Source: Eledone cirrhosa (lineage: Eukaryota). Taken from it: a stretch of DNA of 64,000 nucleotides. The translations under genes were made by a program, and so were the position numbers. Position 1 is the first letter of the stretch. Every line of letters begins with the position of its first letter. The DNA lies in contig OZ024746.1 of the NCBI GenBank assembly GCA_964016885.1, forward strand, positions 90,706,001-90,770,000, written 5' to 3'. The notes under the pieces were generated by a model. The model was not told the origin of the DNA. It saw nothing but the letters and a program-made list of their open reading frames with translations, and searched no databases. This document shows positions 1 through 20,512 of the stretch, one piece after another.

Positions 1-186
1 ATATATATGAACATATATATATATACATATATATATATATACACATATATGAATATATATATATACATATATATATATACACATATATGAATATATATAT
101 ATACATATATATATATATACATGATATATGCATATATATATATATATACATATATATGCATATATATATATATATACATAATATAC

Positions 187-1253
187 ATAGATTTTACATG
201 TGGCCGGTGCTCTGGTGCAATAAGTAGCAGCAAGTGCCCACAAAATACTAGCTCTTTCAATGCGCAGAGGGTTCTATAGAAATAGTGGACAGCTTCCGTT
301 ACCTGGGCGATAAAATCAGCAGTGGGGGAGGGTGCTCTGAAAGTACTGTAGCTAGAGTCAGAACTGGTTGGAAAAAGTTCAGAGAGCTTATACCACTATT
401 AGCTGCTAAAGGGTTCTCCCTAAAAATGAAAGGCAGGTTGTACGATGCCTGCATACGAACAGCAATGATGCATGGCAGTGAGACCTGGGCATTGTGTGCA
501 GAGGATATACGCAGACTAGAGAGGAACGAAGCTTGCATGCTCCGCTGGATGTGTAACAGTAATATACGTGAACGGCAAAGCATAAACGAACTAAGGAAAA
601 AATTAGAAATAAGAGGGATCAGATGTTGTTTACTTGAGAGAAGGCTACGTTGGTATGGACACGTGATGCGCATGAAAGTCGATAGCTGTATAACAAAGTG
701 CAGGGCAATAAAGATAGACGGTAGTCACGGAATAGGCAGACGTAGAAAAACCTGGGACGAGCTGATAAACTCCGACATCACACACTTACACCTCTCCAAG
801 ACAATGTCACTGGACCGAGACCTTTGGCGGTACTCAGTAACAGAGAAGACCCGCCTTACCTAAATATATAGTAAAACCTACTCCAGCCAGTAGGCATCTC
901 TAACAAAATACACCCCGTCCCACCACCCCCACCCCCACCCCATCCACACCACCCCGTTCTATGTAAAGTTATGTTGGTGCCGCGCCATCGAGGCCGAAAC
1001 AAATGAGATCGTGTAGGTGTCATGACAAAAAACACACAGTCCACGCTGTAATGTGGCCGTGTAGGCAACACGGTAAAAACCTCCCAGACCCACACTGTAA
1101 ATGTGGTTGGTGTTAGGAAGGGCATCCAACTGTAGAAAACCTGCCAGACAGTCCTATGCGAGCAAGACAATCACTCTTGCCTCAAGTGGGACTACCCCCG
1201 TCCAAACCCATGCAAGCGTGGAACACAGACGTTAAACGTTGATGATGATGATG

Positions 1254-1255
<2 letters not shown>
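187..1255 (+). mobile_element. 5'-truncated RTE-clade LINE (young family, subfamily A): RT C-terminal region, 3' UTR and (GAT)n tail
   Basis: ORF 285-863 encodes the RTE-type C-terminus (FRYLGD, MHGSETW, RRLRWYGHVMRM, GRxRKTW, DRDLWR). It is followed by a ~380 bp UTR ending gttaaacgtt(gat)n and is flanked by TA tracts. Confidence 0.92.
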
Positions 1256-1287
<32 letters not shown>

Positions 1288-1314
1288 TATATATATATAT
1301 ATACATATATATGC

Positions 1315-1346
<32 letters not shown>

Positions 1347-1389
1347 TACATATACATATATATGCATATATATATATACATATATATGC

Positions 1390-1424
<35 letters not shown>

Positions 1425-1435
1425 CATATATATGC

Positions 1436-1466
<31 letters not shown>

Positions 1467-1471
1467 TATGC

Positions 1472-1528
<57 letters not shown>

Positions 1529-1615
1529 TATGCATCTATATATATACATATATAGATATATAGATATATATATATATATATATACATCTATATGCATATA
1601 TATATATACATATAT

Positions 1616-1652
<37 letters not shown>

Positions 1653-1681
1653 TATATGCATATATATATATACATATATAG

Positions 1682-1712
<31 letters not shown>

Positions 1713-1738
1713 TTATGCATATATATATATACATATAT

Positions 1739-1783
<45 letters not shown>

Positions 1784-2109
1784 CATCTATATGCATATAT
1801 ATATACATATATATGCATATATATATATACATATATATACATATATATATACATATATATGCATATATATATATACATATATATATATGCATATATATGC
1901 ATATATATATATACATATACATGCATATATATATATATACATATACATACATATATATACATATATATGCATATATATATACATATATATATATGCATAT
2001 ATATGCATATATATGCATATATGCATATATATATATATGCATATATATATATATATATATGCATATATATATATATATACATATGCATATATATATATAT
2101 ACATATGCA

Positions 2110-2143
<34 letters not shown>

Positions 2144-3465
2144 CATATATATGCATATATATATATATACATATATATGCATATATATATATATATACAT
2201 ATATATGCATATATATATATATACATATATATGCATATATATATATATACATATATATGCATATATATATATATATACATATATATGCATATATATATAT
2301 ATACGCATATATATATATATATACATATATACGCATATATATATATATACATATATATGCATATATATATATATACATATATATGCATATATATATATAT
2401 ACATATATATGCATATATATATGCATATATATATACATATATATGCATATATATATACCATATATATATGCATATAATATATATGCATATATATACATAT
2501 ATATATATCATATATATATACATATATTATATACATATATATGCATATATATATATGCATATATATATATATACATATATATGCATATATATATATGCAT
2601 ATATATATATATACATATATATGCATATATATATACATATGCATAATATATATATACATATATATGCATATATATATACATATATATGCATATATACATA
2701 TATACATATATATGCATATATATATACATATATATGCTATATATATATACATATATATATATACATATATATACATATATATGCATATATATATATGCAT
2801 ATATATATATACATATATATACATATATATATATACATATATATACATATATATACATATATATATACATATATATACATATATATATATACATATATAT
2901 ACATATATATATATACATATATATACATATATATATATACATATATATACATATATATATACATATATATACATATATATATATACATATATATGCATAT
3001 ATATACATATATATATACATATATATGCATATATACATATATATATACATATATATGCATATATACATATATATATATACATATATATGCATATATACAT
3101 ATATATATACATATATATAAACATATATATGCATATATATATATACATATATATGCATATATAATAATACATATATATGCATATATATATATACATATAT
3201 ATGCATATATATATATACATATATATGCATATATATATACATATATATGCATATATATATTACATATATATGCATATATATATATACATATATATGCATA
3301 TATATAATATATCATATATATATATACATATATATATATATAAATATATATACATATATATGCATATATATACATATATATGCATATATATATACATATA
3401 TATGCCTATATATATATACATATATATGCCTATATATATATATATGCTTTATATATATATATATA
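1256..3465. repeat. Compound (TA)n microsatellite with TACA/TGCA interruptions
   Basis: Direct inspection; source of the YI/MH pseudo-ORFs. Confidence 0.97.
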
Positions 3466-3676
3466 AAGTGGTCGTGGAGGTGCCACGGCAAAAAATTACC
3501 CAGCCCACACTGTAAAAGTGGACGTGTAGCACCATGGAAAAATATGCACCCAGCACTCACTGTAAATGAGGTTGGTGCTAAGAAGGGCATCCAGCTGTAG
3601 AGATCAAGCCACAATCAGATCCCGTCCCACCCTTGCAAGCTGGGAAAAGCAGACGTAAAATGATGATGATGATGAT
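3466..3676 (+). mobile_element. 3' part of SINE with RTE-derived tail
   Basis: Matches the 3' half of the 13141-13480 SINE (aaagtggtcgtggaggtgccacggc...aagggcatccagctgtag) and ends in (gat)n. Confidence 0.8.
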
Positions 3677-3868
3677 CTCTGTATGTGTGTGTGTGTACAT
3701 ATCATCATCGTTTAACATCCATCTTCCACGCAGACACTCTCTCTCTCTCTCTCTCTCTCCATCCCTTTACTCAATACGATGAGATAATCTCGATGAGATA
3801 ATCTTATCCATGGAAAGCCAACATTTGTCTGAATTACTGGTAATTGCTGGCCTTGTGCCTAAATCAGA

Positions 3869-4054
3869 TGGTGGATTGGCAGTATCGGTAGAGGGTCGGG
3901 CGCCATGCTTTGAAACAGAGTTCCCTCCCTTTATGATCTGAGTTCAAATCCCACCGAGGTTAACTTTGCCTTTCATCCTTACGAGGTGGATAAAATAAAG
4001 TACCAGTAATGCACTGGGATAATTGCTGGCCTGGTGCCAACAGTAGAAACAATT
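3869..4054 (+). mobile_element. tRNA-derived SINE family S1 (full length)
   Basis: A-box-like tggcagtatcgg, B-box gagttcaaatcc, body ctttgcctttcatcct...gataaaataaagtaccag; at least 10 copies in the window. Confidence 0.85.
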
Positions 4055-4064
4055 ATATATATAT

Positions 4065-4287
4065 ATCATCATCATCATCGTTTAACGTCCATCTTCCACG
4101 TTTGCATGGGTTTGGACGGGAATTTTCCCACTTGAGGCAAGATTAGTTGTCCTGCTCATATAGGACTGTCTGGCGGGTTTTCTATGGCTGGATGCCCTTC
4201 CTAACACCAACCACGTTTACAGTGTGGACTGGGAGGTTTTTACCGTGTTACCTACATGGCCACATTACAGCGTGGACTGTGTGTTTT
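4065..4287 (-). mobile_element. RTE 3' UTR fragment (related subfamily)
   Basis: (cat)n tail plus reverse complement of the RTE 3' UTR. Confidence 0.85.
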
Positions 4288-4299
4288 ATATATATATAT

Positions 4300-4555
4300 G
4301 ATCATGTAGGTGTCATGACAAAAAAACACACAGTCCACGCTATAATGTGGCCATGTAGGTAACACGGTAAAAAGTTCCCAGCTCCACACTGTAAATGTGG
4401 TTGGTGTTAGGAAGGGCATCCAGCCATAGAAAACCTGCCAGACAGTCCTTGAGTGAGACACGGTCACCCGACCAACCCTGCCTCAAGTGGCACAACTCCC
4501 GTCTAACCCATGCTAGCGTGGAAGATGGACGTTAAACGAAGATGATGAGGATGAT
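4300..4555 (+). mobile_element. RTE 3' UTR fragment, inverted relative to 4065-4287
   Basis: Same UTR motifs on the + strand, ending gttaaacgaagatgatg. Confidence 0.85.
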
Positions 4556-4570
4556 ATATATGTGTGTGTA

Positions 4571-4601
<31 letters not shown>

Positions 4602-4603
4602 TG

Positions 4604-4639
<36 letters not shown>

Positions 4640-4690
4640 CTGTGTATAAATATATATATATATATATATACTGTATATATATATCATCAT

Positions 4691-4721
<31 letters not shown>

Positions 4722-4740
4722 AACAATTATATATATATAT

Positions 4741-4905
4741 AATTGGCACAAGGCCAGCAATTATACAGTGCATTACTGGTACTTTATTTTATCGACCCCG
4801 TAAGGATGAAAGGCAAAGTTAACCTTGGCGGGATTTGAACTCAGAATGTAAAGGGCCATAACTCTATGTTGCAAAACATGGTGTCTGATTCTCTTCCGAT
4901 ACTGA
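4741..4905 (-). mobile_element. SINE family S1
   Basis: Reverse complement of 3869-4054. Confidence 0.85.
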
Positions 4906-4951
4906 ATGCATGAGTATAGCTGTCAGTAAATGTATACAAACACGCCCAAAG

Positions 4952-5145
4952 TTGTTGTTTAGCCCCAGGCTAGCTCAAACAGAGCAGACTTATGGTCAAA
5001 GATGTTCCAGTGTTGGCGATTATGGTTTTTTAGGGACATCGAACACTATATGATCCCATGTATCCTTCCTTCTTTTTAAAGGCATCGATGTGTTATTTGA
5101 GGTACATTTGGCTGCTATTTCTAGCAGGACGAACGACTACACAGC
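4952..5145 (+). repeat. Dispersed repeat family (ttgtttagccccagg...gctgctatttctagcagg), class unknown
   Basis: Related copies near 32888-33100, 33530-33720 and 59100-59190, and reverse pieces at 5255-5325 and 44920-44990. Confidence 0.6.
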
Positions 5146-5971
5146 GACTACTTGGACTATCTGAAATGAATCCAAGAGTAGAGTGAATTCACAAGAGACA
5201 CAACATAAGGTGGTTATAACACTGTTCGTATGTATATTTTATACATACATGCGTGAGCCATAGAACAAACCTCTATGTGGTCACTCCCCCTTGCTAGAAA
5301 TAGTAACCAGATTTCTCTCAAATCAGTATACAGTCAAAAATAAGAAGTATATATATCGAGACAAAGGAACAATGTGTCCATTACAAGACTGCATCCGGAC
5401 ATAAGTGTGTCGGACCAGGGCTAAACTAAGATTAAATAACAACATGTAACCATAGGGAGCTATGGCAGGGAGGCGGGGTGGAATATATAGAGCAAGGGTA
5501 GAATATATAGAGCAAATAAGTGATGTGCCCGTTCGACTACTATAGACAGTGTGATGTAGTTGATGGATGAGACGAAATGTGGATGACAAAACAAAGTGCA
5601 TATTTACATCATATATATATATATATGTTTCGCCTGTTTATCACAGGCTCATTCGGTATTGAGTACTCCTGTCTCTCAGCCATCAACCACATACAGATAC
5701 ATGTGTGTATGTGTGTTAGGATATCCGTAGATATAAAAAATTAAAAAAACCCAAAGAAAACAGTAGTATGACGGAGCTTATTTAATATATATTACAATTT
5801 CATACATTTAATATGTATGCACGACCTTAGGTTTTGGGGTTCCAGTTATGGCCATCACTGTATAGTAGGCGTAAGAGCAAAATTTAAAGAAAGACAATAT
5901 TGGAATGTCTCCTCCTTTATACAGTGGTGGTCATAACTGGACCACGAAACCATGTTACATGTATGAAATTG

Positions 5972-6030
<59 letters not shown>

Positions 6031-6033
<3 letters not shown>

Positions 6034-6232
6034 CGAAGGAAGTGTGGTAAGGGAACCAGGTGGACCATAACGCAGCAGACTACTCAATAATTAGGGTTGT
6101 AGAGTGGGTAATAGGAAAATGTTGAAGACCCCGACGGCAGAGATCAAGCCATTTCGTCGACTATTTCTGACCTAGAAATAGCATAGCCGTCGAAACGGCT
6201 TGAGCTCTGCCGTCGGGGATTTGAACATTTTC

Positions 6233-6234
<2 letters not shown>
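6031..6234 (-). mobile_element. Fold-back element P1 (Penelope pLTR-like, half hammerhead)
   Basis: ~55 bp-arm palindrome plus ~80 bp tail; homologous to 7363, 32346, 43008 and 50219; flanked by (TA)n. Confidence 0.75.
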
Positions 6235-6284
<50 letters not shown>

Positions 6285-6566
6285 TAAGTAAGAATATATA
6301 TATATATGGTAAGTAAGAACAAACAATGCTTTATTCTTCGGGAGAAAGTGTGATGCCAAAAAAACTGAAAGCAGAACAGTAGCAGTAGTTCTGTAATGCA
6401 AGAGAAGCAAGCAAAGTAGCCATATTGTGACAACGACGAGGTGGACATCATAGCAGAGAGGGGCAGAGAGAGAAAATGAGACAGGAATGTCTTTCATTTT
6501 TAGATATATTCTTTGTTATATCACACCATTGGTAAACAGCCTAACATAAATGATATATATAAAGAC

Positions 6567-6597
<31 letters not shown>

Positions 6598-6631
6598 CAT
6601 ATCTGCAGACGTGTGTGTGTATGTATGTATG

Positions 6632-6668
<37 letters not shown>

Positions 6669-7333
6669 CGTGTGTGTGTATGTATGTATGTATGTATATA
6701 TATATATATATATATATATACAGACGTGTGTGTGTATGTATGTATATATGTATATATATATATATATATACAGACGTGTGTGTGTATGTATGTATATATG
6801 TATATATATATATATATATATAGACGTGCGTGTGTATGTATATAATAATAGTGACTGTTTACTTCGAAGTTTCGCCGATATTGTTTCTTATTAAGGAAGA
6901 GGTGAAAACAGACAAAGAAAGAGGATTGAAAGAGAGGGCGGATACATTGACATGCTCTGCGTATATATATATATATGTGTGTGTGTTGGTGTGTGTACGT
7001 AGTGGGTGCTATAAGAGACAAAGGAGATGAATAATAATCATGTGTGTGCCTTGTGACAGACGAGAAGGGGAGACAGAGAGACAGGTGGAAAGAAATATAG
7101 AGAAGAAACAGCGAAGAAAACGACAGACAGAGCTGGGAAATAGATGAAGTAGGAGAGAGAAAGATGGGGCAGGGATGACCTGGCAAATAGAGAGAGGAGG
7201 GTGAGAAACAGAGAGAGAGGTTGGAGAAGAGACGAAGAAGAAGAAGCTGACAAAGGCATTTCAAAGATCGACACATTTATATATATAATATATATATATA
7301 GAGAGAGAGAGGTGTGTGTATGTATGTGTGTTA

Positions 7334-7362
<29 letters not shown>

Positions 7363-7364
<2 letters not shown>

Positions 7365-7550
7365 ACGAAGGAAGTGTGGTAAGGAACGACATGAAGCATA
7401 ATGCACCAGAGTACTCAATACTTATGGTAGTAGAGTGGGTAACAGGAAAATGTTCAAGACCCCGACGGCAGAGCTCAAGCCGTTTGTGGACGTCCAGAAA
7501 TAGCCGTCGAAACGGCTTGAGCTCTGCCGTCGAGATCTTGAACATTTTCC

Positions 7551-7552
<2 letters not shown>
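7363..7552 (-). mobile_element. Fold-back element P1
   Basis: Same sequence and architecture as 32346-32540 in reverse; centre partly deleted. Confidence 0.75.
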
Positions 7553-7584
<32 letters not shown>

Positions 7585-8149
7585 CTCATACACATTTAAC
7601 CAGAAAGATGTATAGGGTTAAAACAAACAGAAGCCCGAGTTAAAATCATGTGTCAACATCTATCCATCTACCCATTACGTATGTATGGACATATAGACTC
7701 AGCAAGTGAAGAGGATAAATGGAAGCAGTGACAGATGAAAGTAGTCCATAGAATACACATTCTATATATCTTTATAAACAACAAGCTGAACAACAAAACA
7801 AACACTATAAGGGAAAAAAACATACCTATGAGGGCTAGTATTGAGACCATAACGCTTCATAGCAATAGTAGTAGTAGTGGTAGGTAATAGTAGTTGTGGT
7901 GATAGTAGTGATAACAGTGTAGTTGTAGTAGTTGTAGTAACAGCGGTGGAATTTTACTGGGGTCTATCATAAGAGTTTGGAAGCACGAGTAGCATTACTT
8001 TTAATGATAGCCATTCATCACTTCCACACACGAGCATAATATACACACACACACACATATATATATATATACATATATAAAGCTCTGTAGCCTACGTAGA
8101 GCACTCTCTTTTCCTTTACCTTTTCTACGGAAATACTTAAAATAAAAAG

Positions 8150-11700
<3,551 letters not shown>

Positions 11701-12156
11701 AGAAGCTAGATTTACCATCTTTCTAGCGGGTCCGGGTATGCTTTTTACATTCATTTGATTTATTGATTTATTGATTTTTTATCTGAGTGTCCCGAATCTT
11801 CCAGATCGCAATTTTTCGGTCGTATGGTTGATTATAGAGTTGTTTTATGTGTGACGGTATTTTAACGATAGTTATAGCTCTGATTTATCTAAATTATTGA
11901 GCCCTCTGCCGCTCATATCGAATTTTGTTTATCGTGAACTCGTGCGCCGATTTTTCGATACTCGATTATTCTACTATATATAACTATATATATATATTCC
12001 ACTGATTGACCTTTTTGAATTTGCCACAGACATAGAGGCAGTGATTTTCTCAATGGCTTGGAATTCAGTCCACGCTTTGCTATTTCCTATCCACTGAATT
12101 ATTTTTTAATAAGTTTCCAGTGTCCTCGCTTTGCCTGGAAACTTACATGAGAATAG

Positions 12157-12239
12157 ACTTTCCTGACGACGGAATGCTTCTCTATATTATTCTTCGGAAA
12201 ATATATTTACTCCATTCCAGAAACTAATTAGTTGGAAGT
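12157..12239 (+). ncRNA. Type I hammerhead ribozyme (predicted)
   Basis: ACUUUC-CUGACGA-[cGGAAUG...CAUUCCa]-GAA-ACU-aauu-AGU-U-GGAAGU. Stems I-III pair, the cleavage triplet is GUU and loop 3 is palindromic. Confidence 0.8.
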
Positions 12240-12677
12240 GATATTTTAGTAAGTAAGTTAATTTTATAATTTTCTTATTTTACGTCTCTTATATTATTGT
12301 TCTGCAACCCATGCATTGAACCACACTGTTATTAAGACCAAACCTATATATTTGCTAGCATTGATATGCATCTGTATGTATATATATGTTACTAGATATG
12401 AATTCTTTATTATTATCTCCAAATTATTTGTCGAGCAATATTGGCCATGACTGCTGCTACGGTTGTAGGCAGGCCGCTGTCTTATTAGCAAACCACTTTC
12501 CACTGATTGACCTCGATGTCACGTGTTCGATTTTTTTTAATTTGCCACAGACGTAGAGGCAGTGATTTTCTCAATGGCTTGGAATTCAGTCCACGCTTTG
12601 CTATTTCCTATCCACTGAATTATTTTTTAATAAGTTTCCAGTGTCCTCGCTTTGCCTGGAAACTTACATGAGAATAG

Positions 12678-12760
12678 ACTTTCCTGACGACGGAATGCTT
12701 CTCTATATTATTCTTCGGAAAATATATTTACTCCATTCCAGAAACTAATTAGTTGGAAGT
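12678..12760 (+). ncRNA. Type I hammerhead ribozyme (second tandem copy)
   Basis: Identical to 12157-12239. Confidence 0.8.
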
Positions 12761-12815
12761 GATATTTTAGTAAGTAAGTTAATTTTATAATTTTCTTATT
12801 TTACGTCTCTTATAT

Positions 12816-13075
12816 ATCATCATCATCATCATCATCAACGTTTAACGTCCGTGTTCCACGCTTGCATGGGTTTGGACGGGGGTAGTCCCACTTGAGGCAA
12901 GAGTGATTGTCTTGCTCGCATAGGACTGTCTGGCAGGTTTTCTACAGTTGGATGCCCTTCCTAACACCAACCACATTTACAGTGTGGGTCTGGGAGGTTT
13001 TTACCGTGTTGCCTACACGGCCACATTACAGCGTGGACTGTGTGTTTTTTTGTCGTGACACCTACACGATCTCAT
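12816..13075 (-). mobile_element. RTE 3' UTR-only copy (subfamily A)
   Basis: (cat)n tail plus reverse complement of ~1000-1255. Confidence 0.9.
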
Positions 13076-13140
13076 ATATATATTTATATATATATATATA
13101 TTTACATATATATATTTATATATATATATATATATTTATA

Positions 13141-13480
13141 TGGAGGCACATGGCTTAGTGGTTAGAGCATTGGCCTTGCAATCGAAAGGTTGTGAGTTCA
13201 ATTCTCAGACCGGGTGATGTGTTGTTTCCTTGAGCAAGACACTTTATTTCACATTGCTCCAGTTTACTCAGCTGTAGAAATGAGATGATAGGGACTGGGG
13301 TCCATATCATTCCACTGTAAAGTGGTCGTGGAGGTGCCACGGCAAAAAAGCACCCAGCACTCACTGTAAATGAGGTTGGTGTTAGGAAGGGCATCCAGCT
13401 GTAGAAATCAAGCCAGAATCAGTTCCCGTCCCACCCTTGCAAGCAGGGAAAAGCGGATGCAAAATGTTGATGTTGATGTT
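13141..13480 (+). mobile_element. tRNA-derived CORE-type SINE with RTE-derived 3' tail
   Basis: A box tggcttagtgg, B box gagttcaattc, CORE-like ccttgagcaagacacttt...ccagtttactcagctgtagaaatg, then a tail sharing ggttggtgttaggaagggcatccagctgtagaaa with the RTE UTR. Confidence 0.8.
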
Positions 13481-13543
13481 ATATATATATATATATATAC
13501 AGCATGGCCTCAGCCGGATGGCTGAAACAGGTAAAAGAGTAAT

Positions 13544-14428
13544 ATCATCATCATCATCAGGTTTAGCGTCCGTGTTCCACGCTTGCATGGGTTTGGACGG
13601 GGGTTTTCCCACTTGAGGCAAGAGTGGTTGTCTTGCTCGCATAGGACTGTCTGGCGGGTTTTCTACAGTTGGATGCCCTTCCTAACACCAACCACATTTA
13701 CAGTGTGGGGCTGGGAGGTTTTTACCGTGTTGCCTACACGGCCACATTACAGCGTGGACTGTCTGGCGGGTTTTCTACGGCTGGATGCCCTTCTAACACC
13801 AACCACATTTAGAGTGTGGGGCTGGGAGGTTTTTACCGTGTTGCCTACACGGCCACATTTACAGCGTGGACTGTGTGTTTTTTTTGTCGTGACACCTACA
13901 CGATCTCATTTGTTTCGGCCTGGATGTTGTGGGACCAACATAACTTTACATTGAAAGGGGCGGTGTGGATGGGGTGGAGCTGGTGGGACGGGGGGGGGGG
14001 GGTTGATAGAGATGCCTACTGACTGTAGTAAGTTTTTACTTTGTATTTAGGTAAGGCGGGTCTTCTCTATTACTGAGTACCGCCAAAGGTCTCGTCCAGT
14101 GACATTGTCTTGGAGAGGTGTAAGCGTGTGAGGTCGGAATTTATCAGCTCGTCCCATGTTTTTCTGGGTCTGCCTACTCCATGGCTACCGTCTATCTTTA
14201 TTGCCCTGCACTTTGTTATACAGCTGTCGTCTTTCATGCGCATCACGTGACCGTACCAACGTAGCCTTCTCTCGAGTAAACAACATCTGATCCCTCTTAT
14301 TTCTAATTTTTTCCTTAGTTCGTTTATGCTTTGCCGTTCACGTATATTACTATTGTACATCCAGCGGAGCATGCAAGCTTCGTTCCTCTCTAGTCTGCGT
14401 ATATCCTCTGCACACAATGCCCAGGTCT
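13544..14428 (-). mobile_element. 5'-truncated RTE LINE (subfamily B, duplicated 3' UTR segment)
   Basis: ORF 14070-14417 encodes the RTE C-terminus; the UTR carries a ~115 bp tandem duplication also present at 60419-62117. Confidence 0.92.
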
Positions 14429-14471
14429 ATATATATATATAGTTATGTAATAAACAACATAAGGCAATTAT

Positions 14472-14528
14472 TCCATTTACCAGAGGTTTCTGAAAGCAAA
14501 AGATTTTGCTTTCAATCATCAGAATGAA
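14472..14528 (-). ncRNA. Type I hammerhead ribozyme (predicted, canonical core)
   Basis: Minus strand: UUCAUU-CUGAUGA-u-UGAAAGCAAA-aucu-UUUGCUUUCA-GAA-ACC-ucu-GGU-A-AAUGGA; GUA cleavage triplet. Confidence 0.85.
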
Positions 14529-14649
14529 AAAATCCTGGTCTGTTTATTGAATTTGGATTTTAAAATCCATATTCAATAAACAGACCAGGATTTTTTTCAT
14601 TCTGATGAATGAATGTATATATAATGTATTGCAAAAATACATTATATAT

Positions 14650-16035
<1,386 letters not shown>

Positions 16036-16400
16036 TATCATCATCATCATCATCATCAACGTTTAACGTCCGTGTTCCGCGCTTGCATGGGTTTGGACGG
16101 GGTAGTCCCACTTGAGGCAAGAGTGATTGTCTTGCTCGCATAGGACTGTCTGGCAGGTTTTCTACAGTTGGATGCCCTTCCTAACACCAACCACATTTAC
16201 AGTGTGGGTCTGGGAGGTTTTTACCGTGTTGCCCTACACGGCCACATTACAGCGTGGACTGTGTGTTTTTTTGTCGTGACACCTACACGATCTCATTTGT
16301 TTCGGCCTCGATGGCGCGGCACCAACATAACTTTACATAGAACGGGGTGGTGTGGATGGGGTGGGGGTGGTGGGACGGGGTGTATTTTGTTAGAGATGCC
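16036..16400 (-). mobile_element. RTE 3' UTR (subfamily A), interrupted by the assembly gap
   Basis: Near-identical to 22748-23111. Confidence 0.9.
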
Positions 16401-16600
16401 NNNNNNNNNNNNNNNNNNNNNNNNNNNNNNNNNNNNNNNNNNNNNNNNNNNNNNNNNNNNNNNNNNNNNNNNNNNNNNNNNNNNNNNNNNNNNNNNNNNN
16501 NNNNNNNNNNNNNNNNNNNNNNNNNNNNNNNNNNNNNNNNNNNNNNNNNNNNNNNNNNNNNNNNNNNNNNNNNNNNNNNNNNNNNNNNNNNNNNNNNNNN
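16401..16600. other. Assembly gap (200 N)
   Basis: Run of n. Confidence 1.
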
Positions 16601-16612
16601 CACACACTTACA

Positions 16613-19260
<2,648 letters not shown>

Positions 19261-19323
19261 TATAAAATATTAAAAAAATAATGAATAAAACAATGAAACA
19301 GTTCCTTATATTAAACAAAAAAG

Positions 19324-19478
19324 TTCATTATTTAACGATCGTTTCTAGGATATATATGTGTTAGAATTGGCATGCATATTCAACAGATCTATGTACAAAA
19401 TTATAGAAAATTATACAAACTATCAAAATTAAATATACATACCCAACACATATATATGCCGTCTTCAGAAATAATGAA
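19324..19478 (-). ncRNA. Type I hammerhead ribozyme with extended stem II (predicted)
   Basis: Minus strand: UUCAUUAUUU-CUGAAGA-[cggcAUAUAUAUGUGUUGG...CUAACACAUAUAUAUccua]-GAA-AC-gauc-GU-U-AAAUAAUGAA; 10 bp stem I, palindromic loop 3. Confidence 0.8.
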
Positions 19479-19858
19479 ATATATTTATTGATAATAACAA
19501 CAATTCAAAATTTCAGGTCCGTTTGGGAACAGAGTTCAAATTGACCAATGAAAATACAAAAAATTTTATGCAGTTTGGTGTGTGTATATACATGTAATTA
19601 ACTTCATACACATATTTACATAAAGATATATGTTCACATGCATACGCATGCCAAAAGATGTATGCAAATACAAAAATTCAAGGCTAATGTCTCTGTAAGT
19701 CTATAATCCACAGATAAAATACGTATAGACACATAAATATGAAACAAATGTATACACACATTCATATACTCACACATATTCGTACACTCACAGATTGGAC
19801 ACTACCGTAAACTCTTGGTAGATTTATCTATATAAATATATATATAAATATATATATA

Positions 19859-19976
<118 letters not shown>

Positions 19977-19996
19977 TATATATATAAATATATATT

Positions 19997-20063
<67 letters not shown>

Positions 20064-20112
20064 GTTAATATATATATATTATATATATATATTTATATTA
20101 TATATATATATT

Positions 20113-20148
<36 letters not shown>

Positions 20149-20168
20149 TATATATATAAATATATATT

Positions 20169-20243
<75 letters not shown>

Positions 20244-20372
20244 ATATATATATATGTTAATATATATATATATTATATATATATATTTATATTATATATA
20301 TATATTTATATATATGTTTATATATATATATATATTTATATATATATTTATATATATATTTATATATATATG

Positions 20373-20456
<84 letters not shown>

Positions 20457-20479
20457 TATATATATATATATATATATAA

Positions 20480-20512
<33 letters not shown>

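Larger units (their letters stand above)
11998..12814 (+). mobile_element. Direct-repeat element (two ~290 bp repeats, 521 bp period), each repeat with a hammerhead; PLE pLTR/retrozyme-like
   Basis: ~12020-12293 and ~12541-12814 are almost identical, with a ~200 bp unique spacer and no ORF. Confidence 0.75.

Noticed and set aside
12907-13158. Recurrent [26 protein letters not shown] (also 856, 4147, 22839, 29155)
   Set aside because: Antisense translation of the RTE 3' UTR, not a gene family.
13141-13215. tRNA-like sequence (also the heads of the S1 SINEs)
   Set aside because: A and B boxes are present but continue into a SINE body with no proper acceptor stem; SINE heads, not tRNA genes.
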